From positions 65,908,001 to 65,972,000 of the forward strand of contig CM052817.1 of the NCBI GenBank assembly GCA_028534125.1: DNA of 64,000 nucleotides, in the 5' to 3' direction. A model generated the notes under the pieces. It made no database searches and had not been told where the DNA came from. It saw nothing but the letters and a program-made list of their open reading frames with translations. The DNA comes from Lama glama (taxonomy: Eukaryota). The translations under genes and the position numbers were made by a program. This document shows, piece by piece, positions 14,530 through 25,980 of this stretch (its first letter is position 1; every line of letters starts with the position of its first letter).

Positions 14530-15819
14530 TACAGTTGCAGAGATGCTAAGAGCACAGCCAGTCTCACTTCTAACCAGGTTCAGAACTTCATCTACAGCAA
14601 TCCTGACCCAGAGAGAGCCAGCCTCTGTGAATACTTTCAGTGAAGCAAAAGGTACCTGCTTTAACGGGGTCGTGTACTCTATGGATAGACAACTTTAAGT
14701 CGGGGCAGTTCTCAGGGTGAGTTTAAACCTTCTTTACTACTAACTGATCCTCGTTCTGCCCTCTGGAAAAATACAGAACAAGTATGCTTCTATTTCTAAA
14801 TGACATCCTTTAAATATTAAGAACAATACTCTCATATCGTACCTTCCTGAGCTTTGGCAAGATTTTACTTTTATTATCCTATCATGGCATGATTAGCATT
14901 ACCTTAGCAGAAACTGTTGAACGGATCCTAGATGATGTCAAATGGGTTTTTCTTTGTTTTGTTTAAAGATTTAAAATACAGAGAAATTAATTGTTTCATT
15001 ACTTTTTAATTCTCAGCTGACTTTTACATAAAGATATGTTACAGCATGTGATTGCTATGGATAAAGACAGCCCTTCAAAACCTATTTTTTGAGAAGTTAC
15101 TGGAAGTTTACTGGGTTTGAGCTTTTGCATTAATGTCAGCACTAACATCCTACTTAACTTCTTACTTAGTGATATCTTTAACATGACATTGCTTTCGTAG
15201 CTCCACATTTGTTCTTTCACCTGGAATGTTTTCTCAGAAACCTCTGAGTTAAGTACCCCACCCTTTGGTGTCCAGGCCAGACACTATCCCCTCTGTGAAA
15301 TCTTTCTGATTTCCTCTGGTGGATGTGTCTCCACTGAATTCCTAGAGCTCTTGACTCACATCTTAATATTGCATTTATTATTCAATTTCTGATCACAGCT
15401 ATTCTATGTATATACATATATGCCAATGTCTCTCTCTGTCTGTAGGCTAAGTACCATAGAACAGGCTTCTTACTTCCTCATGCTCCACATACCACCTTCT
15501 TAGCATGGATGCTCAGAAGCTAAGGATTCTTCTTGATAGTTCCCCTATAATCTTTTTCAAGAAAACTCTTCTCAATCCCGTCTAGAGACAGCTTCTAGAG
15601 TCTTTCCCCCATCCTGTTCATCCTGTTCTGGATGCATGCCCCATCAGCAATGCCACTGTGAAAGTGTGGCTCTGAATTAACACAATCTTAGTGAGTTTGA
15701 TCAGTGCGGAGTATGGGAAGGATACAGAGTTTCCTGTGATTTGCATCCTATATACATCATACTGCAGCCTGACAGTAAATGGAGGTTTTCAGCAGCTTGC
15801 AGTTAACTAAAATCATGCT
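14530..15819 (-). mobile_element. L3/CR1 LINE remnant, interrupted (L2-like piece at about 15200-15480; LTR at 15820)
   Basis: ttctgccctctggaaaaatacagaacaag and aaagtgtggctctgaattaacacaat...gcagcctgac...gttaactaaaat resemble the reverse strand of the CR1/L3 3' region. Confidence 0.6.
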
Positions 15820-16342
15820 TGAGAAGAGTAAGATTATAATAGGGAAGAACAAATCTGACTCCATATTAGATCTGTTCCTTTAGCTCTAAGCCCGTGCTCT
15901 GTTTTCTGTGTTTAGTCATGCTAGTTCTGCACCTTTTATAAAAGAATGTTGCGTATAGCCTGAAATACACAGGCGAGCCCATTCTCCAGGCTCTGACCTT
16001 TAGGGGTATGACACTTTCCCATTGATACAGAGACAAAAAGTTGCAGAACAGAGAATAACGTTTCCCTTTTGGAGGTTTTACAGCTGATCTATGTGGACGG
16101 CTGTAAGAACAAAGGATTCTGACACCAACAAGTTTGCAAAAACCAACCAGCTCCTCCCCTTCTAGTATAAAAGGAACCTGAAGTCTGACTTGGAGAAGAT
16201 GGTTCCCTAAGACGTCAGTCCCTCATCTTCTCAGTCTGCCGGCCTTCCAAATTAAGTCGTTATTCTTCCTTGTCCCAAGCCCTTGTCTCCCGGTTTATTG
16301 GCCTGTCATGCAGTGAGCAGAACAAGTTTGGACTCGGTTACA
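15820..16342 (+). mobile_element. Solo ERV LTR (class I-like, relatively well preserved), antisense to PPP3CA
   Basis: TG...CA ends (tgagaagagtaag...ctcggttaca), about 520 bp, TATAAAA at 16166-16172, degenerate polyA signal (aaattaag, about 16250) followed by a U5-like ttattggcctgtc. Confidence 0.8.
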
Positions 16343-16929
16343 CGGTCTTTTCCTTGCATATTTCAGGCTGACCAACACAATTCCAGGGAACAGAATCACA
16401 GACGGTTTGGGGACAAGAAATGCAGAGAGTGCAGTCCACACTGAACGCACTGAAAGAAGGGAGTTACTGTCGTCTTCCCATGGAATACCGAATCCTGCAT
16501 ATGCATCTGTAAATCCATTCTTCTTGGCATTATCCTGTCATTCACGCCATATGTCATGTGGCCTAAGGATATGTTCACAAAGTATTAAAAACATGCAAAA
16601 TGAAAAAATCATGGCGAATTACAACATCAATCCCTTTGATCTGCCAGACGGGAAAGGTGAAGTTCTTCCTGCCTTTGTGAAGTGCTACCTGAGCACCTGC
16701 TCCATGGAAAAGACCTTGACTATTTTTGACTACTGCACATTCTTAGCAGGAATGTATCCTCCTATCTTCAAAAGAAGCTTTTAAGGTTCTAAGTTGTCTT
16801 TTTGAAGAGTAATTTCTCCTCTAAGTTTCCCATACCTTTTATCACCGTTGGGTTGGTACAGCAGGAAGATGGAAAATTAAGGGCTGTAACTGACAGTGTC
16901 CCAGAGGGAAGAGGGGCTTTCATAATACG

Positions 16930-17110
16930 GCATTTCATCCTCATCACAAATCTGAGAAGGAGGTGTGGCTACCCTCACGTTATAGACTAAGGATTGGAGG
17001 TTGAGAAATGAAGTGACTTGCTCAGAATCATGCAACCAGGAACTGGAAGATCTCATTCAAATTCAAACTCAGCTTTACTGACACTAAGTCCACTCCCTTT
17101 CCACCATTCC
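16930..17110 (-). mobile_element. MIR SINE
   Basis: catttcatcctca...aagtgacttgctcagaatcatgca...ttcaaactcag. Confidence 0.75.
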
Positions 17111-17429
17111 CTCTGTCTCTCCTAAACTATAAATGTATGAATTCTAGTCCTAGCTGTTATACTAATTTAACTTTGAATATGGTATTCATAACTAAAGAGA
17201 TTTTAGCTTTTTGCCAAAATACTTGTTTGAGAAAAATGAAATAGGATGCAAATTCACAAGCGTGGGTGAGGCTTGTCCAATAGATAAAACAGAAGTTCTG
17301 TTTTGTAGCTGGTGAGATAAAGCATTTCTTCATTTGACATTGGCTCAACACAATTTATCTGAGATAAAGCAGATACTGTTTACAGATTTTATTTTTGTTT
17401 ATTAACAGCAGAAATAACACAATTTAACA

Positions 17430-17650
17430 GTAGCTATGTTTTCTAAGCATCTGCTCTGTGCCAGATACTATATTTGGTTTCTTGCAGATACAATCCCAAC
17501 TCTTCACAGTAGCTCTCAAAAGTGGTTCTTATTTACACTTTGAAAATAAGTAAACAGAGAAGTTATTTTTCCAAGGTCACATAAGAGAAGCAGCAAACCT
17601 CAGTCTGGGTCTGAATCTGAAGTCCTCATCTTTCTAGCTTTCCACAATAT
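17430..17650 (-). mobile_element. MIR SINE
   Basis: aagcatctgctctgtgccagatact...taaacagaga...ccaaggtcacata. Confidence 0.75.
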
Positions 17651-20600
17651 TCTCACTCCAACTGCGTAAACCATTTGACATCTACCAAGTTTTAGACACA
17701 GATTCTTCTTCCACATTTATTCTTTTTCAAAAGGAGTACTGGACTGGAAGGCCAGGAGCCTAGACTGCTAGATGGATTCTGTCACTGATTACTTAGGAGA
17801 CTCAAGGTCACTTAATGCCTCAATGCCTCTACCTCACCTAAACTACATGGGCTTACCCAGATAATTTACATGACCTCTTTCAGATCTGAATGATGTTAAC
17901 AAACTTCTGGAACGAAGACTTCATCATTAACGCAATAATCGAGGAATATTCTCGGTAATTCTAGAGGCTACTAAAGTAATTTTTTTCTTATTTTTCTACC
18001 GGTTAAAAAAAGAATAACTTTTACTTCAAATGCAAATGCAACAATATGTATTCTTTTTTTCTTCAGCCACATAAAAGATGCATGCAAAAATACTTCTCGA
18101 ATAACCTTACACTCATAAGTTATGAATTTTGATTTTTTGGCATAATAAATCTATGTATCAAAAAACGAAAAAAATTAAAACAGTTCCAAACATCCAGTCA
18201 CGAAATTCACAGTTAGCATTTCATCTTCCACCTCCCACGTCCTCCGCCCCTGCCTCCTGCCTCTGACTGTCCCTGGGATTACGAAACTCCTCTGAAGCCC
18301 TAACAGTGCGCTTGTCTCTGAAGTACTTGAAAGACGTTTATCTCCAGTGCAACATAAATAATACAAATGGTTGTACTTCAAGAATCACTCAAGACCACCT
18401 CCGGAGACCTTGTCTGAGAAACAGAGAGAGGAAAAAAGAACAAAGTCTACCGTCAAGGAACTCCTCTGTTCCGCTGGCGATTACACATGACCTCGAGTCC
18501 TTTCACAACTGTATCAAAAGCCCGGAGAGGGATTATGGTACGTATACTTGCCATCAACCGTAACTCAGCGCAGATCAGACAGCACAGAAACAAACGCTCT
18601 TCTCCTGCACATGCAGCTGTGAAGAACAGCCAGAAGACATTTGGCATAGCAGAAAGAACAGTAACCCCTGTGGATCTGGAGACCTGACTGCCAGTTCTTT
18701 CTCGGCTGTCAAAATCATGGTTGCAAACTTGTGCAATCACTTGGGCCAATCATTTTTATTGCAGAACCCTACAAAGCATGCAAAGCAAGCTTATGTAAAG
18801 CATGCTTATATAAAAGAGACGAAACCAGTAATAAAGAGACTGCTCCTACTTGGGAACAGGGAAGAGGCCCTGGACCACTACTGTTCCTAATAATGTAACT
18901 CGGCCCTCTGACTGTAGTGAAACCCAAGGAACAGAATCTAGACCCGAATCCAATCTTCCGTCTACCAAACATGCACTAAATTGCCAGCCGATACCCAAAC
19001 CTGTAAATTAAAAGGATCTCTCCTACTTCAAAATTTGACATTTTGATGAGACACAAAAACCACCAATTCATAAGAACTTGGTAACATTTCTCAGCATCTT
19101 CCTTACCGTTGCCACCAGAGGAAAGCTGAAGACAGGGCAGTTAAGTGACAAAAATAGGAAGGCCAAAGGAGAGCTTCCAGTTTAAGAGAAGTTACCAAAA
19201 TATTGCTAGCAAGATGCAACGACCAGTTCACCCAACCATGGGTTTAACACGGTCCAAGTGGGTTTCAGGAGAAACACTGAGCTCCTTTTCCGACAGCCGT
19301 CAGGTTAGCAGCTGTGCGGCTCCCCGCACACCTCAGGCATTCTCATCACTACCAGGGCTGTCTGAATGCAGGGGACAGAGGGCTCAGAAGAAGGGAAATG
19401 ATACATTTTATTCCTTTTCACCCCTCTGCTACCATTTTTCCTCTCTTTAACTCTAATTGACCATCTACTCAAAAAGATGGGACAGAGGGAAAGAAAAGAA
19501 ACAAAGATGAGAGGAAAGCAAACGGGGGCGCTTCACAGTCACTGTAAGCCAGACAGAAATAGCAAAAAAAAAAAAAAAAAGCATTATACACCCTGGATGT
19601 TTTTGCTTTTCAACTCTACTACCCCTAGGCACCCTCGTAGAAAACCTGGCGTCAGTTGTTCTTTTGGCAAAGTCCTACCCTCACTGAAGGAGGCATGATA
19701 GCTTGATGGATAGAATTCTTGAGGTAGGACTAAGCACTCATAATGTCCTTTGGCAGTACTTTAAGATTATGTTGGTACACTGCATGAAAGAGTTTTCTCT
19801 CTGGGAGAGACGCTATAAAGTTTTAAAAGTTTATATGTTTCCATAAAGATTATATTTGGGGGCGGTAAATTTTTTAAAAAAATTTGGGAAGATACATACG
19901 TACACTCACATATATGCATAGTTATTGTAGTACATGTTACAGCATCTATGAATACAATCTCTATGATTCCTGCCATTTAGAAATTTGACTTTTAACTTTT
20001 TTTTTCTTCTCAGTGCCCTCTACTTGCCTGACAGATTCTGTTTTTAAAAGATTCCTCTTTCATTAGTAGTGACCAACATAAAGGAAATGATGTAGGTAAA
20101 AGGAGATTAACCAGCGCATGAGGGTTGTTGCACTTGGTGCGCAAGGGCTGCATTTCTCACTAGCTAGTTACAGCTCACAAGGTCAGGCACAAAGTAAGTG
20201 TTCAAATCATTGATGAAGATGGATTTCAAGTCTTCAATTTGCATGTAATTTTTTCATAATGATATTCTTCAGTATGGGTTTCCTGAGAAATTTAATAAAT
20301 TGCTCAGTTCAGTACCTAACATAGGGTATTTCACAGGCAAATGCTCAGTAACTTCCACATAAAGACTGAATTGCAACCAGCTTGAAATGTTTCATTATTA
20401 ATGGATACAAACAGTAGGTATATATAATTTCCTTGAAGCCATGAGCTAATGATTTTGTATTTATTGAGAGACGGACACACATATGCTTCTATAGATAATC
20501 CTTTTATGCCCACAGCTAGACTTTCCTCCTGTTCTTACTTTGTACACGCCTCCTTCATGGCACCTATAACACCTTCTTTAACTTTGTCACAAGTCTCCTA

Positions 20601-21149
20601 CATAAAATAATATTACCTTACATGAAGGAAGGTGACTATACTACATCTATCTGTGAAATAATCTGAGCCAATCGTATGACCACTTCTCTCTCTGTGTGTG
20701 AATAAGTATATATGTGTGATGTGTTTCCCATTTTAGGACTGCATTAGTGAATTCTGATGAATCAGGTATTATTCAAATATAGAATTTTGAGTAAAGTAAG
20801 TAGAAGGAAGACGACAGAAGAAAAGAAGAAGGCATGGATCTTTTTTTCTTTTATAGAGCTTTGTACCATACGTGGTTGATGTTCAATAATGTTGGTTTAA
20901 GAAAAGATTGAAGGAAAGGAAGTAGAGAAAAGAAGGACAAGATGGAGAAAGAGAGGAAGGAAAGAAAGAAGGCAGGCAGGCGATGAAAGAGAAAATATAG
21001 AAAAATACAAAAACGTAAAACATAACCTGTCAGGACACTAAAAATGTAACCACATACGAACAGAAGTCTGGAGGGTGCATGTAGGAATTTGGGGAAAAGG
21101 TAACATGTCACTTCAGAGGCTAAATTCTGTTTTAAAATTGTAAAAGAGT

Positions 21150-21350
21150 CCTGAAAGTAGAAGAGTGGAAGTAATACTGGCTCTGTCATAGTAGTAACTT
21201 AGTGACCATGTGAACTTGGGCAAACATTTCCCTTATTTGAGTTTTACCTTTCAAACTTGTAAGTTAGCAATAATTAAGCCTGCTCTCTCATCTTCAAAGT
21301 ATGAAGATCAAGTAAAATAATATGTGATTAATATTCATAATATATACAAT
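21150..21350 (+). mobile_element. MIR SINE
   Basis: ctggctctgtca...catgtgaacttgggcaaacatt...gaagatcaagtaaaataatatgtga. Confidence 0.7.
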
Positions 21351-22226
21351 CAGATAAAATACTTGGCATCTGAAAAATGTAAAGTATCATGACTCAGTTT
21401 CACATGCTTTGAGGAGAGAATGGCTATCTATCTTTAACAGTTTGGCCATTTTATAATTCCCACCTAATGTGTAACATTAATATACGAGGATCCAGAGAAT
21501 CTGGGCCAAAAATGGAACCTTGGAATTAGCTCGAGTCCAGCCAAACATTATGACTCATTTTTAATGTTACAGTTTCACATAGAGAATTTGAATTTCTACT
21601 ATTAAATGTTTTTTTGCTAAGTCAACAAGAATAAGTCATTGGCAGTTTTGAGCTCTTTACAAATTTGAGTCAGTACCCTCTTTTCAATTCTAATCCATAC
21701 TATTACAATGCTGAAATAAGGTTTAATCAACCCTAGACTAAATGAGAGAGATTTAGCTGAAGCTTTAAACTGCTGAAGGACAAGGCATGGACAGAGTAAA
21801 CACTGAGCCACACCCTGCTCTCATTCAACACAACTGGTACGTACCAGCTCCAGATTCTCAACAAGGGTAACTGTATCTTGGTGGGAGTTACCTTGAAAAC
21901 GAGTGCCTGTATGTGTATCTGTATGCAATCACAGAACAGTCTTTTCACCTTCAAGCTTGTCCTTCATGTCAAGCCTTAAGCTGCAGCTTGAATTGGTTCT
22001 AGGCTGCTGTCTCCAAGACATCACTGGCACCAAGTTAATGTTAAGCTCATACCACTTTTTCTTCCCCCGGAAGTAATGTCACTGTGGACTTTCTGACATT
22101 ATCAGGGTAAAGTCCAAGAGTCTCCCGCAGGTCTAGAACGTCTAGATAATGAATAGCAGGTGATAATCTGCTGATTCATGTCTTTAAAATTTACTATATT
22201 TACAGTAAATATACTATATATAGTAC

Positions 22227-22257
<31 letters not shown>

Positions 22258-22290
22258 GGAGAGAGAGAGAGAGAGGAAGAGAGAGAGAGA
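22227..22290. repeat. (TA)n(GA)n compound microsatellite
   Basis: tatatatatatatagagagagaga...gagaga. Confidence 0.95.
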
Positions 22291-23185
22291 GTTCCTGTTT
22301 TTCCTCCTGTTAAATGCTTTATAGAGAGTTAGATTTCTAGAGTAGTTTCAGTCCAGGGTAAGAGTCTAATAACCATCTGTCAGAAAATGGACTGGAACAC
22401 CTGAAGATGCAGGCCTCAATAGATCCTGTTCAAGTGACAGCAGAAGAGCACTGACAAGGAAGGTGGATGGAGGACCCACCTTTGCTCGGGGTCCTGCATT
22501 CTCCCCCACATAAGGCTTCACAGGACATTGTGATCTAAAATTCTCTGATTCTATGGGCAAAGCTTTGTGAAAAGTGAGGATTACCTCACTCACTGCCACA
22601 TTGTACCTACTTTGTTGAAGTTCCACAATTACTGAGCTGCTGAAATTCACAATCATGTAGCGATGATGGGTAAGAAATCAAGGTCATTTGTGAGAGCAAA
22701 GCCACACAGGTTATGTGTAGATTAATTCAATTAAAATCTATAGTGAGGGCAGTTCTTAAATATTAAATCTTGATAGGTTTTCTATTTTCTTTTTCACCTT
22801 CTGTCCCATTAATTAAATGTTAAAATGTAAGCAAGGTGACTATGGGACTAAAACCAATCTATTCAGAAAGTGGCCTCCAGCAATGACACTTTCACAGCAG
22901 AGAGGAATAAACCACCAAGCAAAAGCACACGTGCTTTAGGGGGTATCTTTTTAAGGGACAAATGATTTACTTCAGAATAATATGATACTCTTAAGTTTAG
23001 TCTTTTAATAATGTATATATTTGGATGCGTAACACTCATGTAATTTTAAAGTGATAACAAAAAACTCTTCATTTCAAAAGCTTTCTTTTCTTATTGAAGA
23101 ATAGTCACCTAAACACAATGAAGCCGTGAGCTCAATAGGGGATCAGTGCAAACACTGCCCTGAAAGCTTTCCCATAACAAAGCAG

Positions 23186-23440
23186 GCACAGAAGAGCAGT
23201 TAGGAGCTTAACCTGTGGGCTCTGGAGTCAGACGGTTGCTTTTCAATCTCAGTGCTATTCCCTGACCAGCTTGTATGATCCTTGGGGAAGTATGTAACTC
23301 CTCTTTGCTCTGGTTTTTCATCAATAAAATCAAGATTATAATGTAATTCATAGAGTTGTTGAAGGATTAAATGCATTTACACGTGGAAATGTAGAGCAGT
23401 TTCTGGTAAATCCTCAATAAATGTTAGTTATTATTCTTAT
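23186..23440 (+). mobile_element. Near full-length MIR SINE
   Basis: gggctctggagtcagac...ccttggggaagt...gttgttgaaggattaaatg...ctcaataaatgttagttattatt. Confidence 0.88.
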
Positions 23441-25689
23441 TCTTCTTATTATATGCTACTTACAGGAATAAAGCAAAAGCATCTATATAGCATGCTATCC
23501 CAACTGAAGGGAAATATTTACATTTACTGAATATATTATTACCATCCTAAGACTTTAAGAAAATATACCAGTATTACTCAAGGTGACCATGATAATGATA
23601 ATGATATAGGAAATCACAGCCACAGATTAATTCCACATATTGAAGAGTCCTGGTTAGAAAAGGCAGAGAAAGGGGACGTTTTGCTGAAATCTCCGAGTAG
23701 ATAATTTCAGCTTTTTATCTCAGAGAGGTGATTTCTCTGAAAACCAATAAAAATCTCCTAACTTCAAGTTCTCTTTATCCTTAAATGTCTACCTAAATTG
23801 TCTACATAAATTTCTTTTCTACCATCTCCCATTAATAATAAGAGTTAATACTAAGAGTTTTGTTCATAGTTTCTGCTTTGCTCCTTCACAGATTCTTATA
23901 TTCCATACCATTTCCTGGTAAATTGTCCTAAGTTTAATAATCATTATAAAGAAATTATCTTCCCAGGGTGTGTAATTCTACCAATACTCCTCAGGCTAAA
24001 GAAAAAAAAATGTTTATTAAATAAATAAAGAAGTGAAAAAATTTTGGTGGGGTGTATCTTACTTACTGTTTTGTTTTAGAAGTTGGGAAGGAAGAAAAAA
24101 GTATCTGACCTCCAATTTGTTAGCAAATATTAAATAACAAAATGTTACCATGCATATGTATTTACATTTCCTATAGTGAAATAAGTGATCTGGGCAAACA
24201 GTTGCTCAAGACCAATCAAGAGGATCTTTAGATTTGAGATAATGACAGGAAAAAAAAGTAAGGGTTGGGGAAACTCTTGCCATTGGATAAAGTCTCTGGA
24301 TTAATTTTATCCAATTTGTAAGGCAAAAAGCGATCGTATTTATGGTGGTGGTTGCAAACATCCCCAAAATGCTTTAAAAATGTTTATGTCAACGCTAAAG
24401 GGCAAGCCCATGACTAAGACAAGGCTCAGACTCCATAGAAGCGGCCATTACATGTGGGTGCCTTTGCAGGGAAGTAACACGCAGGAGAGGTACTCAGGGT
24501 TGCCTGGGCACCGATTCTCCTCCCTTCCGAAGACCAACTCCCTTCCCTCCCCCACCCCCGCCCTTCCATCCAGGTTACGCATCCCATCTAGCTGGTTCCT
24601 ATTTGGCTCCTGAACTAGGCAGGGACCAGCTATCTCTAAGTTTGTGGAAGTTATTCCTGCACAGTGAAACAAGCTTCCAGTGTGCAAGAACTATGATGCA
24701 GCAGGAAATGAGATGCTCAGGCCTCACAACACCGCGCTGCGTCGATGGTGGTGTCACTGAGGGCTGAGAGCTCTTGCTGGAAGTCGGGGCTCCAAGGCAA
24801 GCTGGCTTCAGACATGCTGTATTTGCTCCTATAATTCACATAATGACTGCCAATCAGATTCCTACCTGGGTTCGTTACATTAACAATTCAATCCTCCCTT
24901 ACAATGGTATCTTCCTGCCAAGTCATACGTTATCTTTTAATTTATAAACGGTGTCTTCCTGAAGCCCCTGACTACTTTTTGATTGGGAAATATTTGAGGA
25001 TGTTGAAAATGTCAAGTTTTGATAAGACTAAAATGCTTTTTATAAGTAATTCTATCAAGTTGCCTAGTTTAAAGTCCAAAACATCATGATATGGCTTTTT
25101 CTACCAAAAAGGGTAGATAGAATTTTGCAAAAAAAAAAAAAATCAAAATTCCAGTAAAGAATGCTTTTCTTGTCCATCCCTGAAATATCATCTACAATCT
25201 CTCTTTTCCTTAACCTGCTTTAACACTGAATTGACTTTTTTTTCCTGATTGTCATTTTTTAATCTCTGGTGTTGATTGTTACAGCAGTTTGGCTACCATT
25301 TAGATTCTACTCTCAAATCCAAAATTTATTTCATTTAATAAATTTTACTTAATTAATTTTACTGTCAGTAACTTTTCTTAGAACTGAGTGGTATACCCCT
25401 GGTATATATATTTATATTTCTCTGTATCTGTATCTTTTACCTATCCATCTAGCCACCCACCCATCCATAAGAAAACGCACAACTCATCTGAACTACAAAG
25501 AACAGCCCCCACATGAAGATCTACTGTAATTTACTTTATATTTTTTTGAAGCACATGAAAAATACCAGAGAGACAAAGGACTTAATTGTTTACATCAAGG
25601 CTTAAAACACTTTTTTTTAGAGGTTTAGTAGGTTTTGGCCATACTGAATTCTATAAACACTGCATTTTTTAACACTTAGAGATTTTACT

Positions 25690-25980
25690 CTAAAATTACT
25701 TACATGTCACTACCTCAGTGAAATGATTTTTGTTCCCACAAACTAATTTCCACTCTTACCTCATGCCACTCTTTTCTTTGTGGTATGTGATTTTGCAAAT
25801 ATATTTAAATAATTATCGGGGGGATTTCTTTATTAACCATTTATTACACTACCAGATTATAAACTCCACTAGAGAAAAAATCATATCTGTCTTGTTTATT
25901 TTATATCCCCAGCACCTTGGATGGTGCTTGGTGTATAGTAAGTTCTCAATAAAAGTTTGTTGCATTTTGAGAAGTGGATG
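25690..25980 (+). mobile_element. L2 3' end
   Basis: tatccccagcaccttggatggtgcttggtgtatagtaagttctcaataaaagtttgttg. Confidence 0.8.

Noticed and set aside
19109..19126. CTCF-like ttgccaccagagg
   Set aside because: The 3' half of the core (GGCGC/GGCAG) is missing.
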